Of a stretch of 64,000 bases of DNA, positions 47,507-60,179 are shown piece by piece. Where the stretch lies: positions 85,671 to 149,670 of the forward strand of contig NIVC01002689.1 in the NCBI GenBank assembly GCA_002269645.1, given 5' to 3'. Each line of letters starts with the position of its first letter. Position 1 is the stretch's first letter. The notes beneath the pieces were generated by a model that searched no databases, was not told the origin of the DNA, and was given only the letters and a program-made list of their open reading frames with translations. The translations under genes were made by a program, and so were the position numbers. This stretch comes from Macrostomum lignano. Its lineage: Eukaryota.

Positions 47507-49514
47507 CTACCCTTTCAGTAACATCTCAAACTGTTTCATCGAATAGTAGTAATCGGAACTCCAATACCAGTTGATCCCGACAGCATACTGAAGAGTGGCA
47601 AGAGCTTCCGGGGGATTAAAGTACAGACCGTTCGGGTTTGTGCGATGGCAATCTTTATACCACCAGCCTCTTTTAAAGGTGACGCTGCAGCTTCTGACGG
47701 ATGAAATGTCGTTGTCCGAGTCGATGGTGCTGAACTGCATGCCATTGTGGAAGGCCATGCAGTCTCCAACGCCAGGGTGGCTGGCGGAGAACCCGGAGAT
47801 GCTCATGCGGAACTTGTCGGCCTCGCTGGCCACGGAGAAGCTGGAGTAGTCGGCCCAGAGCTCCGTGCCATTCCACAGCCTCATTCGCATGCGAAGTGCT
47901 CGACCAGACGGCCAGGTCAGAGAGTGCACAGCTCGCAGACCTGCAGTTGTCAAGCATAGCTCAATGCTGAGCAGCTCACAGCCACAGGAGGCCAGCGCTA
48001 TCAAAAAGTGCATCAATACCGTCATGACCGCACTGCACTGCACTCACCGAGCCAGTGGTTCGTGTGGGCTCCGTCTCCGAAGCCGGCTGCGTACTCGGTC
48101 CAGTTGCGATAGAAGTCTGTCGAGTTGTCCACCCGACGCTGGATGCTGATCCAGCAGTCGCTGAGTGACGTCACAAACACCTGCAGTGAGGCATTGAGAG
48201 CTGCGGTCAGGCAAGTGCTGTCAGTTACCTGGCCGTCAGGTGAGTCAGTGCACGCTTGCTACTCACCCTGATGCAGCACGGAGACTGGTGAGTGTGAGGC
48301 GTCAGTCTGCGACACACAGCGCCACTTCGGTTTGCTGGAATGAGAATGAGCTCAGCTGGGTGAGCAGCTTCATCAGGTTTAAGGCATGGAGCATGAGTAA
48401 TGATGTGAGATGCTAGCTGTGGCTGCACTGCTGCTCACACACTGCAGACACTGCTCACACACTGCAGACACTGCTTACACACTGCAGTCACTGCTCACAC
48501 ATTGCAGACACTGTGAGAGCCACTGCTGCTCACACTGCAGACACTGCTCACACACTGCAGACACTGCTCACACACTGCAGACACTTTCCACACACTACAG
48601 ACACTGTTCACACACTGCAGACACTGCTCACACACTGCAGACACTGTGAGAGCTCACACACTGCAGACACTGCTCACACACTGCAGACACTGTTCACACA
48701 CTGCAGACACTGCCCACACACTGCAGACACTGCTCACACACTGCAGACGCTACTCACACACTGCAGACACTGCTCACACACTGCAGACACTGCTCACACA
48801 CTGCAGACACTGCTCACACACTGCAGACGCTACTCACACACTGCAGACACTGCTCACACACTGCAGACACTTCTCACACACTGCAGACACTGTTCACACA
48901 CTACAGACACTGGTCACACACAGCGGACACTGCTCACACACTGCAAACACTGCTCACACACTGCAGACACTGTGAGAGCTCACACACTGCAGACACTGCT
49001 CACACACTGCAGACACTGTGAGAGCTCACACACTGCAGACACTGTTCACACACTGCAGACACTGTTCACACACTGCAGACACTGCCCACACACTGCAGAC
49101 ACTGCTCACACACTGCAGACGCTACTCACACACTGCAGACACTGGTCACACACTACAGTCACTGGTCACACACTACAGTCACTGGTCACACACTGCAGAC
49201 ACTGTTCACACACTACAGTCACTGGTCACACACAGGTCTCGGCAACGCAATGCAGCCAGGACTCACTCACCCACGATGCACTGGGGCTGATGTGCCCCAT
49301 CCCGAGGGATGAAGACCAGCAGCTGGTGAGCGAGCAGGTGCTTGGCAGCCAGTGCAGCGCACTGCAGCACATCGCTGGCTTGCTTGATGGAGGAGAGAGC
49401 GAAGTGGCGGACTCGACCGCCCGACCAGCTGCTGCTGTGGACTTCGTTCAGCTCGATGGCCGAAGCCGCAGCCGCTGCGGTCAGGAAAATCAGCAGCTTG
49501 GAGAACGTCTTCAT
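47507..49514 (-). CDS. Secreted fibrinogen-related protein copy 1 (signal peptide + degenerate PAN-like segment + FReD), about 318 aa; join(49514..49271,48412..48267,48180..48048,47940..47507)
   Basis: Signal MKTFSKLLIFLTAAAAASA. FReD motifs IQRRVDNSTDFYRNWTEYAAGFG..HWLG, FHNGMQFSTIDSDND, GWWYKDCHRTNPNG. Exons total 957 nt in frame. Confidence 0.87.
48430..49240 (+). repeat. 20-bp minisatellite CACACTGCAGACACTGCTCA in FReD copy 1 intron 1
   Basis: Seen directly. Confidence 0.95.
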
Positions 49515-51458
49515 CAGCCTCACTAATGTTTCTAACTGTGACATCTGTTTTAAGCGTAAGCTCTGTTTACCAGCTTTAATGACTGCCTTCACAACCCCTC
49601 CCTACTTTTGAGAGCCGGAGCAGGTGGTTTGGAGGATTGGACAGAATTCAGTTGGATGTCTTTAAGTTGAGTGAGTTTCTTATTGTGTCTAAGCCATCAG
49701 CTATATGGAGGCGAAATGCATGAGTGTCAGCATGCAAACAGTTATTAGCAGGTGAAAGACAGCTGTGCAAAAATCTTTTCCATTGTTCAACCATAATTTG
49801 GATGCTTTGCTAGCTACACACTTCTCCCTCTTATTTTTCAAGCTTTTTAATAAACTCTAGAGGAAAATCATTACTCTGTCAGTGCCATAATTGACACTTG
49901 GATTCAACAATGCCTAATATTGCGTTAGTGTCTGCCTGGCAAATCAACAGGTAATATTAAGATTGCCAATATTACTCTACAAGATATACTTCACTGTAGA
50001 TATAAGTTACTTTTAAAACAGTAAATTTTAAATTCAGTTACAGCTGTCTATCTCACCGTGACAGCTAAGAAAGTCCTTAGAGCAACCTTGCTAAAATAGC
50101 AAACATATTTTGAAAGTTACTTAACATGCAGACAGACCTCTGAGCTTTCGAAGCGCAGATAAGTGTTCAAAATTGAACATAATTTTATGAATCGCAATGA
50201 AATGTTGGTTTAACCAACGCGAGCGCTATATGACATCACTGCTACTTGTATTGGCAGCTGAAGTCTCAGTCACCAATGTCTCCTGCGCATTTTGCTCTGG
50301 AGGTTATTCTGAAAGACACTTCTTTGGTACCTTTGAGTAGTTCGATACGTTGCTGAACGTTACTAAATGCAAGAAGGTACTTTAAGTAGGGGGCTCAGCC
50401 CCTGGGATACTGGTTTTCCTCTTGGTAACACGGGTGAAGGGTATTAAATGTAAGAAGAGTTGGAACATGTATCATTGTGAAGAGTTTCAACTGATAACTG
50501 AGCCGTGAGTCCAATAAAGCAGCTGTAATCAAATATTATGATTATTATTTCCTAAATGTTTTTTACTACTATAGCATACTATACTACTATATAGTAACGC
50601 AGTCACATGAACTATTTAAGCATCTGAAATGTTAAAATGAAATTTCATAACTTCTTAAAACTTCTTAAAATTGCAGCAGAGTACTGTGTAGTTTTGAAGC
50701 AAAATTCCTTGCCGAAACAGTAGCAAAAGCAGTCCTCCACATTGTTGCTTCAGACAAGTACCTGTTTCAAGCTGCTGCACGCCGAACCCAAAGAATTTAA
50801 TTCTCCACTCCGCCCTTTCTGGCTGCTCAAAACTTATGCATTTTTTAAGAGTTGGGACATGTGCGCCTTGGAGAGGCGCTGAAGCAGTCATTGTAAGAAT
50901 CCCTGCCACTGCATGAATTCACTAGGGAGAAATTTCTTGAGTGACTCAAACAATAAGCACTCTAGCAGCTATAGTTTGTGGAGCGGTTGGCATGGCAACG
51001 AGGTTAACAACTCCCTGGCAAAGCTCTTTCCTTACTGGAAAAGGTGTTTTTTGTTAGCCCTGCAGGAAATTCTTTTCCCAATCAGACGCCCCCATCTATT
51101 TTATGCCTGAAAAGCTTGGAAATTGCACCAATACAATGGCTGCTGCAACTTGCAGTGACGTCGAAGAAAATTGTCTTCAAATGTCTCAGTTATGAATTTA
51201 TTCAACACGACAGAAGAATTTGATTATAAGCAGTTTTGTAAGCCTATAAGCATACTCAGTTGCTCATAGTTTCATACCCGAGTAGTTAGTTGAGATTTAG
51301 TAGAGTTTTCTAATTTTCGAGTTCTAAAATTAGGTTATTTGGTGCGTTTTTGGTGCCACAGGAACTTGGTTAACAGTCAATCGTCAAAGTTATGGCTCAA
51401 AGTTCGTTTACATCGCTATCAACCATACTCATAATAGAAAAATGTGATGATTGTACAC

Positions 51459-52394
51459 TCAGCACAGCTCAAACAAAGAAGCAACTTCAGAGTCGCTCAG
51501 AGCTCTCTCTGAGACTCCGAAGCATCTCATGAAGCCTTGGAACACGCGGTTGTGATCGGCACTGCGGCTGACGGCTCCGATCTGCACGCTGCTGCCGAAG
51601 TTCGCACAGGATGTCACAGCAGCTACCGGACCGTTAGTTGCTTTCTGAGTTCCGTTGACGTAGATCCTGACTTCCGGTGTCTGCTTGTCGTACACAGCGG
51701 CGATGTGGGTCCAACCGCTGGCCGTGTCGGTGGGTCCGGAAAATGAGAGTCCCGCCTCCGGGGACAAAACTACGAAGTGTATGGCTGTAACTGTGGGATA
51801 AAGCCAAAATCGAGTGTAGCTTGAGGTAGGCATTGTGAGGCCCTCCAGCAGAGGCATCGAACCCCTTGACGAATTGGTGACCTTGACCCACACTGACATG
51901 GTGAGGCTGGTGAGACACACCGAATTCAGCTCGTCAATGTTGAACCGCTCTGACACACCCGAATGACCAGTGAAGTTGACGGCGCTGTCCGTGTACTGCA
52001 TCGGGATGTTCTCCTGCAGGTCGAGATGGCCGCTGTTCGAGACCGCATTGCGAGTCCGAGTGGCGTTGCTCATGGGCCAGAAGGCGACGAGGCCGAGCTG
52101 GCGCAGGGCGCTCCACGACTGGCAGTCGGTGTCGTTCGTCAGACTGGCGGTCTGGAGGCTGTCCGACATGTTGCAGACGCCTGCGCGGTGGCTCCAGGCG
52201 ATGCAGGGACGACGGAGCTGAGAGCACAGGAAGGCGCACATGCGGGCGCTCGAGGCCGTCAGCGAGTGCTGCGGAGTCTGCGGCACCACGCAGCCGCCGA
52301 GCGAGATGCTGCTGTGCAGGGTTCCGTTGCCGCAGTGCACCAGGAGTGGCAGCAGCATCGCCGCAGTCAGTCCAGTTAGGATGCTGCAACTCAT
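51459..52394 (-). CDS. Secreted PAN/apple + LamG-like (concanavalin A-like/pentraxin fold) protein, copy A, 311 aa, single coding exon
   Basis: Hydrophobic signal; SARMCAFLCSQLRRPCIAWSHRAGVC (PAN pattern); GLVAFWPM, LTMSVWVK, GWTHIAAVYD..VRIYVNG, QIG..FQGFMRCFGVSERALSDSEV (LamG_3 pattern). Confidence 0.85.
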   Translation of the reverse strand: MSCSILTGLTAAMLLPLLVHCGNGTLHSSISLGGCVVPQTPQHSLTASSARMCAFLCSQLRRPCIAWSHRAGVCNMSDSLQTASLTNDTDCQSWSALRQLGLVAFWPMSNATRTRNAVSNSGHLDLQENIPMQYTDSAVNFTGHSGVSERFNIDELNSVCLTSLTMSVWVKVTNSSRGSMPLLEGLTMPTSSYTRFWLYPTVTAIHFVVLSPEAGLSFSGPTDTASGWTHIAAVYDKQTPEVRIYVNGTQKATNGPVAAVTSCANFGSSVQIGAVSRSADHNRVFQGFMRCFGVSERALSDSEVASLFELC

Positions 52395-54250
52395 GCCTTG
52401 GTGACGCTGTAGATAACGAACTCGTTCTTGCTTTTTAATTGGATTTTGACAGTTGCAATGCAGCTGCAGACTGGAGCTTCTCAGCAGCTTTTTTACTTTA
52501 ATGCTTTTCCCTCGGCTTTTGTCATTTAGAGTTTCTCTCGTTGGCTAAGGAAGCCTTCTTAAATATCAATCCCCGCTGTGAGAAAAATGAGGAAACGCAA
52601 AATTCCATTGTTCGCAGTACAGTCTCTCCCAATTGAGTTGTTAGGCGAGCTCAAGCCCATTGTCTGAATGTGGCTGCAATTTTAATCAAGGACAGAATTT
52701 CCTGCTGCCGCATTTTTCAGCTTAACAAGCAAGCTTTGATGATTTTTTGTCGGAGTTCTTTTTTTGCTGGGCTCTTTATAACTTATTCAGAATTTCTTCT
52801 CTCCCGGTTTGCCTCCTGTAAATTGCTTCTAGCAAGCTGTGTTCCTCTCCCATGAATTTCTGCGCGCAGGTATGCTGAGGAACCGACAGCTCTAATTAGC
52901 AATGCGACAGTCCACAGAAGCCGCGCGGCAAAACCCTGCCGGCTGACGCATGTAAACTGAGGTGGCAGATCCTCAGCAGTGCAGACTCATAAGTTGTAAT
53001 TCTAGCTACGAACTCAGGATTTGACTGTGGCTATAGCTACCATGCCCTGCTGCGACTCATTGTGTCGACAAGGGGTTTCACTTTTACTTTAAAAGTTCCT
53101 TGAATTCGCAGAATTTTCTGGGTAAAATGGCTTCCAGAGGTCATTTCTTAAAAGTGGCGTGCGTGAAAGAAAGTATTTTATCTTGTCTCTATCCCAATGA
53201 TGAACGCTTACAATTCAAGCATCCATTCACCTCGATTCACCCGCTATTTCCCCTGATTTATCCATCATTCACTTACCGATTCACCCCCTGATTCATCCAA
53301 TCAGATTCACTTCTGACTGACCATCTATACTTCACTTTTAATTAAGCCTCGATCCAACATCTATCATATTCACTGCCGAACCACCTGAACTCATCTTCAG
53401 ATTCTTGGAAATTAGAAAATAACCTGCGGTTTTGAAATACAGTAAAGGCAAACCTGAGTATGTCATAAACGTACCAGTTTCGATTGGAAAAAAAGTACTC
53501 GATTATATCATGTCCTCGTGCGTTTATGTTACTGGCTTGAAAGTGAAATGAATTGACAGTTCATCCGATCGCGAGGATGATGAAGAATAGACCGCCACAG
53601 GTGTGCTACGAAGACTGTTTTTGATTTGAAAAATTAAGTCTTCCTCGTCGCTAGGAGAAGAGGAGCCACGCAAACTTCAAATATTGAGGCACAGTTGGTG
53701 TGTCCTTTGCTCAACCAGTGTTTGGTTTGCCTAGAATTACTTTAGGTTCTTTGAAAAGAAAATCATCCCAGGATTGAATGCTTCACTCTGATACAAAGCC
53801 AGGTTAGCCAACACTGTATTTAGTCTCCCTTTGTTTAATAGTGCCAAGTCTTGAAACACAATCAGATATGCTGCGTTTCGCTCAGGTTATTAGTTTTCAA
53901 GAAAAAATATTGGTTACTTATTCCACAAGGATCTTTACTACAAAAGAAAATTCAGCAGTATAGCCTTTCATCGATTTAAAAATTAAAAGAACAGTTATTA
54001 TTCTAAGAACAGCATCCGCATAGTGCCTTTGAAACATGAATAAATATGTGTCACACAGACTACTGAAGAGCGCTACTTTTACGCTACACTTTACTAGACG
54101 TCCAAAGGGCGGAAAATATTGAAAAGAACTGCTGCACTAACTAAAAGTTAAAAAATCTTTCTGAGTCGGTTAGGCGAATATTGTTCCAAAGTTAGAAATT
54201 GTTTGAATTGGATGAGCTCCGAGTACTCCGTTTGTGATGGCATAACCTGC

Positions 54251-55186
54251 TCAACAGAGCTTCATTAAATGGCGAACTTCAGCCTGGCTCAGGGCTCTCT
54301 GTGAGACGCTGAAGCATCTCATGTAGCCCTGGAACACGCGGTTGTGCGTCACGTCGCTAGTCGAGCCGCCGATTTGAGCAGTGGTGCCGAAATTCGCGCA
54401 CGAGTTCAGAGTGGCCGGTATACCAGAGATGGCCTTCTCCGTACCGTTCGAGTAGATCTTCACTGACGGCGTCTGCTTGTCATATACCGCGGTAAAGTGG
54501 GTCCAACCGCTGGCCGTGTCGGTGGGTTCGTCGGCTGTGCAGTGAGAAATTGGCGACTCAATCACCACGTGGAGGCTCGTACTGTTTGGATGAAGCCACA
54601 GTCGAGTGAAGTATCCTCCTGGCAGGGTCATGCTATCCAGCAGAGGCATCGGACCTCTCGACGCATTGGTGACCTTGACCCACACGGACATGGTGAGGCT
54701 GGTGAGACACACCGAATTCAACTCGTCAATGTTAAACCGCTCTGACACACCCGACTGACCAGTGAAGTTGACGGCGCTGTCCGTGTACTGCATCGGGATG
54801 TTCTCCTGCAGGTCGAGATGGCCGCTGTTCGAGACCGCATTGCGAGTCCGAGTGGCGTTGCTCATGGGCCAGAAGGCGACGAGGCCGAGCTGGCGCAGGG
54901 CGCTCCACGCCTGGCAGTCGGTGTCGTTCGTCAGACTGGCGGTCTGGAGGCTGTCCGACATGTTGCAGACACCTGCGCGGTGGCTCCAGGCGATGCAGGG
55001 ACGACGGAGCTGAGAGCACAGGAAGGCGCACATGCGGGCGCTCGAGGCCGCCAGCGAGTGCTGCGGAGTCTGCGGCACCACGCAGCCGCCGACCGAGATG
55101 CTGCTGTGCAGGGTTCCATTGCCGCAGTGCACCAGGAGTGGCAGCAGCATCGCCACAGCGAGTCCAGTTAGGATGCTGCAACTCAT
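54251..55186 (-). CDS. Secreted PAN/apple + LamG-like protein, copy B, 311 aa, single coding exon
   Basis: Direct paralogue of 51459..52394, offset 2792 bp; same motifs. Confidence 0.85.
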   Translation of the reverse strand: MSCSILTGLAVAMLLPLLVHCGNGTLHSSISVGGCVVPQTPQHSLAASSARMCAFLCSQLRRPCIAWSHRAGVCNMSDSLQTASLTNDTDCQAWSALRQLGLVAFWPMSNATRTRNAVSNSGHLDLQENIPMQYTDSAVNFTGQSGVSERFNIDELNSVCLTSLTMSVWVKVTNASRGPMPLLDSMTLPGGYFTRLWLHPNSTSLHVVIESPISHCTADEPTDTASGWTHFTAVYDKQTPSVKIYSNGTEKAISGIPATLNSCANFGTTAQIGGSTSDVTHNRVFQGYMRCFSVSQRALSQAEVRHLMKLC

Positions 55187-55876
55187 GCCTTGGTGACGCT
55201 GTAGATAACGAAATCGTTCTTGTCTTTGAGAAGGGGATTTTATTTCAAATCGTCATTCTCATAGTTGGCTACGTCTTTAGGAGCCTTGCAAGAGTTTGGC
55301 ATCCACGATTGAAGGGTTGAAAACAATGGATGTGAAGAGGTTCCTTTATAAGCACCAGCTCCACAACCCAGACCCTACCAGTAAGGCTTCACTTCAAGCT
55401 GGCAATTTAATTGCTTCTCTGCCCCTGTCAGCAGCTTCTCCTACTGACTTGGAATTCTAGTGAGAAGTAGTTTGATTGGATGTGAGAGAGTTTAAGAATT
55501 TTCCTCATTACGGAAACGCATTCAAAGTCTAAAAAAAGAAACGTTGAGTAATGACTAATTTCTGAGCCTTAGAAAATTCCGCAGAGAAGGATTCTAGGAA
55601 TAACAGAAACTGAAATTCACTGCCAACTTCCTCGTCTGGCCTCTTGCGATGCCTTTCTATTCTAATCCCATTTGATTATTCTCGTCCATCAACGGGTGGC
55701 TATCACATGCTGGAATTACCTGATTAGATACTAAAGCAGTCCGTTGCGTTAGGCACATCTGCAGAGTGTTCTACTTCCCACAGAAAATCATAAAGTTGTT
55801 AAGGTGAAGGTTATTCATAGATTGCTACTGAGTAGACTGGCGGACATTTGCACACCTAAACCTTAAATATGAATCG

Positions 55877-56652
55877 TGTTACTATTTATACGGAAAGGAT
55901 GATTCATGTTGCTATTTATAAACGAAATGAGTCATGTTACTATTTATAACCAGAAATTGAATCATATTACTTTTTATAGCGAAACAGATGAATCATGTTG
56001 CTATTTATATCTCGCGAAATCGCCCTTAAATACAAGTGGTCCGAAGCGGACCCGAGCAACAACAGAGACAACAGAGAACCTTCCAGAGGGAAGAAGAGCT
56101 CCGAAGAGGAAGTCGGCGAGGAACTTTCTTCAGACCAAGTCAACCGAGACTCGGCTGAGTTCTTGCGGTAAGCCTTACTCATTTGCGCCAGGTGTTAAGA
56201 TCCGACTCGATATTATTGTTGTGACGGAGTCTATTTGAGACTCCATTTGTTGTAATCTCCAGAAGGACTACCCTGATAGCCATCAGAAGACTTATCAGTG
56301 ATTACCGGAGCTATACCTAGAGTGCATTAAGACACTGCTAGAAGGAGAAGGCTTATTGAAACCGCAGCGCGGCGCAGGGATCCCCCATTGTTGATTCAAA
56401 GCTTCTGATTGGTCCGAACTACAGATACCCACCGGAGATAACTTCGTTGGAAGTACACAAGGAACCAGGACCAGAACAACTGATTCAAGACGTCTGAACT
56501 TCCTGGAGGTCGAGAACACCGCTTAGGAAGAGAACTACTAATCCGGATTCAAGGTAATAGATACCTTCATTTAATTACTGGGTTGCCTAGCAGTAGCTAG
56601 AAGTGATTGTTCCTTGATTACTGAGAGAGTCTTGGTAGTAAGGAAGACATCA
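55877..56652. mobile_element. Possible solo LTR (TG...CA) with internal ~36-bp repeats at its left end
   Basis: Begins TGTTAC, ends CATCA; flanks AATCG / AATCA match 4 of 5. No internal retrotransposon ORF. Confidence 0.25.
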
Positions 56653-56784
56653 AATCAGATGGGGGAGTTTCGGACTCATTTTAAAATAAGGTCATTATCT
56701 ACCCTAGCGCAACGCCTTTTGGCGGCGTCTTCCCACATCCAGTTCTGAGGCAGTGCTGTCCAACTTCTGAGGGCACACAAGCTC

Positions 56785-57365
56785 ATCATGCACACGCTCA
56801 CGCAGGGTGTACACTGCGGCCCATTTCATGCACACGCTCACGCAGGGTGTACACAGCGGCCCATTTCATGCACACGCTCACGCAGGGTGTACACAGCGGC
56901 CCATTTCATGCACACGCTCACGCAGAGTGTACACAGCGGCCCATTTCATGCACACGCTCACGCAGGGTGTACACAGCGGCCCATTTCATGCACACGCTCA
57001 CGCAGGGTGTACACAGCGGCCCATTTCATGCACCGGCCCATTTCATGCACACGCTCACGCAGGGTGTACACAGCGGCCCATTTCATGCACACGCTCACGC
57101 AGGGTGTACACAGCGGCCCATTTCATGCACACGCTCACGCAGGGTGTACACAGCGGCCCATTTCATGCACACGCTCACGCAGGGTGTACACAGCGGCCCA
57201 TTTCATGCACACGCTCACGCAGGGTGTACACAGCGGCCCATTTCATGCACACGCTCACGCAGGGTGTACACAGCGGCCCATTTCATGCACACGCTCACGC
57301 AGGGTGTACACAGCGGCCCATTTCATGCACACACTCACGCAGGGTGCACACAGCGGCCCATTCAC
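56785..57365 (+). repeat. 40-bp minisatellite CACACGCTCACGCAGGGTGTACACAGCGGCCCATTTCATG embedded in a SINE-like copy
   Basis: Seen directly; the unit and its flanks match the 45.8-kb SINE body. Confidence 0.9.
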
Positions 57366-58031
57366 TTTCTAATCGTCGGGCCAATTTTTTGTGCACAAGC
57401 CTCAAAGTATAGCTTTATCTCTAGGAGTTCACTATTCAACGTTATAATGGAACAAACTTTTCGAAAATCTGTACAGCTCACTCGAATTTATGAAACGAGA
57501 TAAAGTTGTCTAAACATAGGAGGCTTTGGAAAACTTCTAGCTGAGAGTATTCCAAGCTCTATCTCGGGGTATCCTTGCCTTGGCTAATAGCAGACAACAA
57601 TTTTATGCATCTAAGCTATCCACATATAGTTTAAAACGATAACTTGTTGCATATTTCATCAAACATACTCATGCAAGGCAGTATAATCATTAAATGATCA
57701 CGCTTCAGAGAGGCGTTGTAAAAGTTTTAGACTGGGCAGGCACACAGAATCATATTGAGCCATCAAGCCAACAATAAAACAAATTAATTTGGATTTTACC
57801 TGCTGTAGCAGTGCAATAAACTAAAGCAGCAATTCATCTATTGCTCTCTCCATCCAGGAAATCAATAGCAAGACTTGGAAGACTGTACCGACCAGACCCT
57901 CTCGCTGCATGTGTTGCCTGCGAGAGATGAAACTGTATAAATTACACACTTTGCAGCCAGTGGTCACGGCAGCTCCAGTGGCGACAGACACGACTCACGT
58001 GGACTCAGAAACGCTTGGAATTTTCGTAAAA

Positions 58032-59954
58032 ATGCAACTCGCTCAACTCCTGCTGCTCTTCTCAGCCGTGGCCGCCGGCAGCGCTTTGGACTTGCACGAA
58101 GTCCACAGCAGCAGCTGGTCGGGCGGTCGAGTCCGCCACTTCGCTCTCTCCTCCATCAAGCAAGCCAGCGATGTGCTGCAGTGCGCTGCACTGGCTGCCA
58201 GGCACCTGCTCGCTCACCAGCTGCTGGTCTTCATCCCTCGGGACGGGGCACAGCAGCCCCAGTGCATCGTGGGTGAGTGAGTCCTGGCTGCATTGCGTTG
58301 CCGAGACCTGTGTGTGAACAGTGACTGTAGTGTGTGAACAGTGTCTGCAGTGTGTGGGCAGTGTCTGCAGTGTGTGACCAGTGTCTGCAGTGTGTGAACA
58401 GTGTCTGCAGTGTGTGAGCAGTGTCTGCAGTGTGTGAGCAGTGTCTGCAGTGTGTGGGCAGTGTCTGCAGTGTGTGAGCAGTGTCTGCAGTGTGTGAGCA
58501 GTGTCTGCAGTGTGTGAACAGTGTCTGCAGTGTGTGAGCAGTGTCTGCAGTGTGTGAGCAGTGTCTGCAGTGTGTGGGCAGTGTCTGCAGTGTGTGAGCA
58601 GTGTCTGCAGTGTGTGAACAGTGTCTGCAGTGTGTGAGCAGTGTCTGCAGTGTGTGAACACTGTCTGCAGTGTGTGAGCAGTGTCTGCAGTGTGTGGGCA
58701 GTGTCTGCAGTGTGTGAGCAGTGTCTGCAGTGTGTGGGCAGTGTCTGCAGTGTTTGAGCAGTGTCTGCAGTGTGTGGGCAGTGTCTGCAGTGTTTGAGCA
58801 GTGTCTGCTGTGTGTGAGCAGTGTCTGCAGTGTGTGAGCAGTGTCTGCAGTGTGTGAGCAGTGTCTGCAGTGTGTGAGCAGTGTCTGCAGTGTGTGAGCA
58901 GTGTCTGCAGTGTGTGAACAGTGTCTGCAGTGTGTGAGCAGTGTCTGCAGTGTGTGGGCAGTGTCTGCAGTGTGTGAGCAGTGTCTGCAGTGTGTGAAAA
59001 GTGTCTGCAGTGTGTGAGCAGTGTCTGCAGTGTGTGAATAGCAGTGCAGCCACAGCATCTCACAGCATTACTCATGCTCCATGCCTTAAACCTGATGAAG
59101 CTGCTCACCCAGCTGAGCTCATTCGCATTCCAGCAAACCAAAGTGGCGCTGTGTGTCGCAGACTGACGCCTCACACTCACCAGTCTCCGTGCTGCATCAG
59201 GGTGAGTAGCAAGCGTGCACTGACTCACCTGACAGCCAGGTAACTGACAGCACTGCCTGACCGCAGCTCTCAATGCCTCACTGCAGGTGTTTGTGACGTC
59301 ACTCAGCGACTGCTGGATCAGCATCCAGCGTCGGGTGGACAACTCGACAGACTTCTATCGCAACTGGACCGAGTACGCAGCCGGCTTCGGAGAGGGAGCC
59401 CACACGAACCACTGGCTCGGTGAGTGCAGTGCAGTGCGGTCATGACGATATTGATGCACTTTTTGATAGCGCTGGCCTCCTGTGGCTGTGAGCTGCTCAG
59501 CATTGAGCTGTGCTTGACAACTGCAGGTCTGCGAGCTGTGCACTCTCTGACCTGGCCGTCTGGTCGAGCACTTCGCATGCGAATGAGGCTGTGGAATGGC
59601 ACGGAGCTCTGGGCCGACTACTCCAGCTTCTCCGTGGCCAGCGAGGCCGACAAGTTCCGTTTGAGTGTCTCCGGTTTCCATGGCAGCCACCCGAGTCTGG
59701 GAGACTGTATGGCCTTCCACAATGGCATGCAGTTCAGCACCATCGACTCGGACAACGATGCAGGACATGGCAGCTGCAGTCTCGCCTACAGAGGAGGCTG
59801 GTGGTATAATGGCTGTCATCAGACCAACCCGAACGGCCTGTACTTTAATCCCCCAGAAGCTTTTCACCTGTCAGTGGAAGCCGTCGGTATTTGCTGGTAT
59901 TATCCCTTCGGCAACTTCTACTCGATGAAGGAGTTTGAAATGCTTGTCAAGTAA
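58032..59954 (+). CDS. Secreted fibrinogen-related protein copy 2, about 315 aa; join(58032..58272,59056..59201,59287..59419,59527..59954)
   Basis: Signal MQLAQLLLLFSAVAAGSA; same FReD motifs; exons total 948 nt in frame; inverted paralogue of copy 1. Confidence 0.87.
58305..59040 (+). repeat. 20-bp minisatellite GTGTGAGCAGTGTCTGCAGT in FReD copy 2 intron 1
   Basis: Seen directly; generates ORFs 58062..59342 and neighbours. Confidence 0.95.
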
Positions 59955-60179
59955 TTTTAGTTTTAACAAAGAGGTTTTTCAAGTGGATAAACTAACGGGT
60001 TTTTGGAAGAGTTGTTTGAAAATCTGTAAATATTTTTGGAATCTAACAACAAAGTCTGCAGTTGTTCCTTTCTTCTTTGCTGTTTATCCGGACGGATTTT
60101 CCTCGACCGAGTTTGTCTATGGGGAAACCCTAGTTATGGCTGTGCAGAAAGGCAAGTCTAATGAGAAACTAGTAAAGCG

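Noticed and set aside
56788-57503. His/Cys-rich repeat ORFs in three frames
   Set aside because: 40-bp minisatellite inside a SINE copy.
58062-59342. 426-aa HCRHCSH metallothionein-like ORF (and mirror ORFs at 48410-49526)
   Set aside because: Antisense reading of the FReD intron 1 minisatellite.
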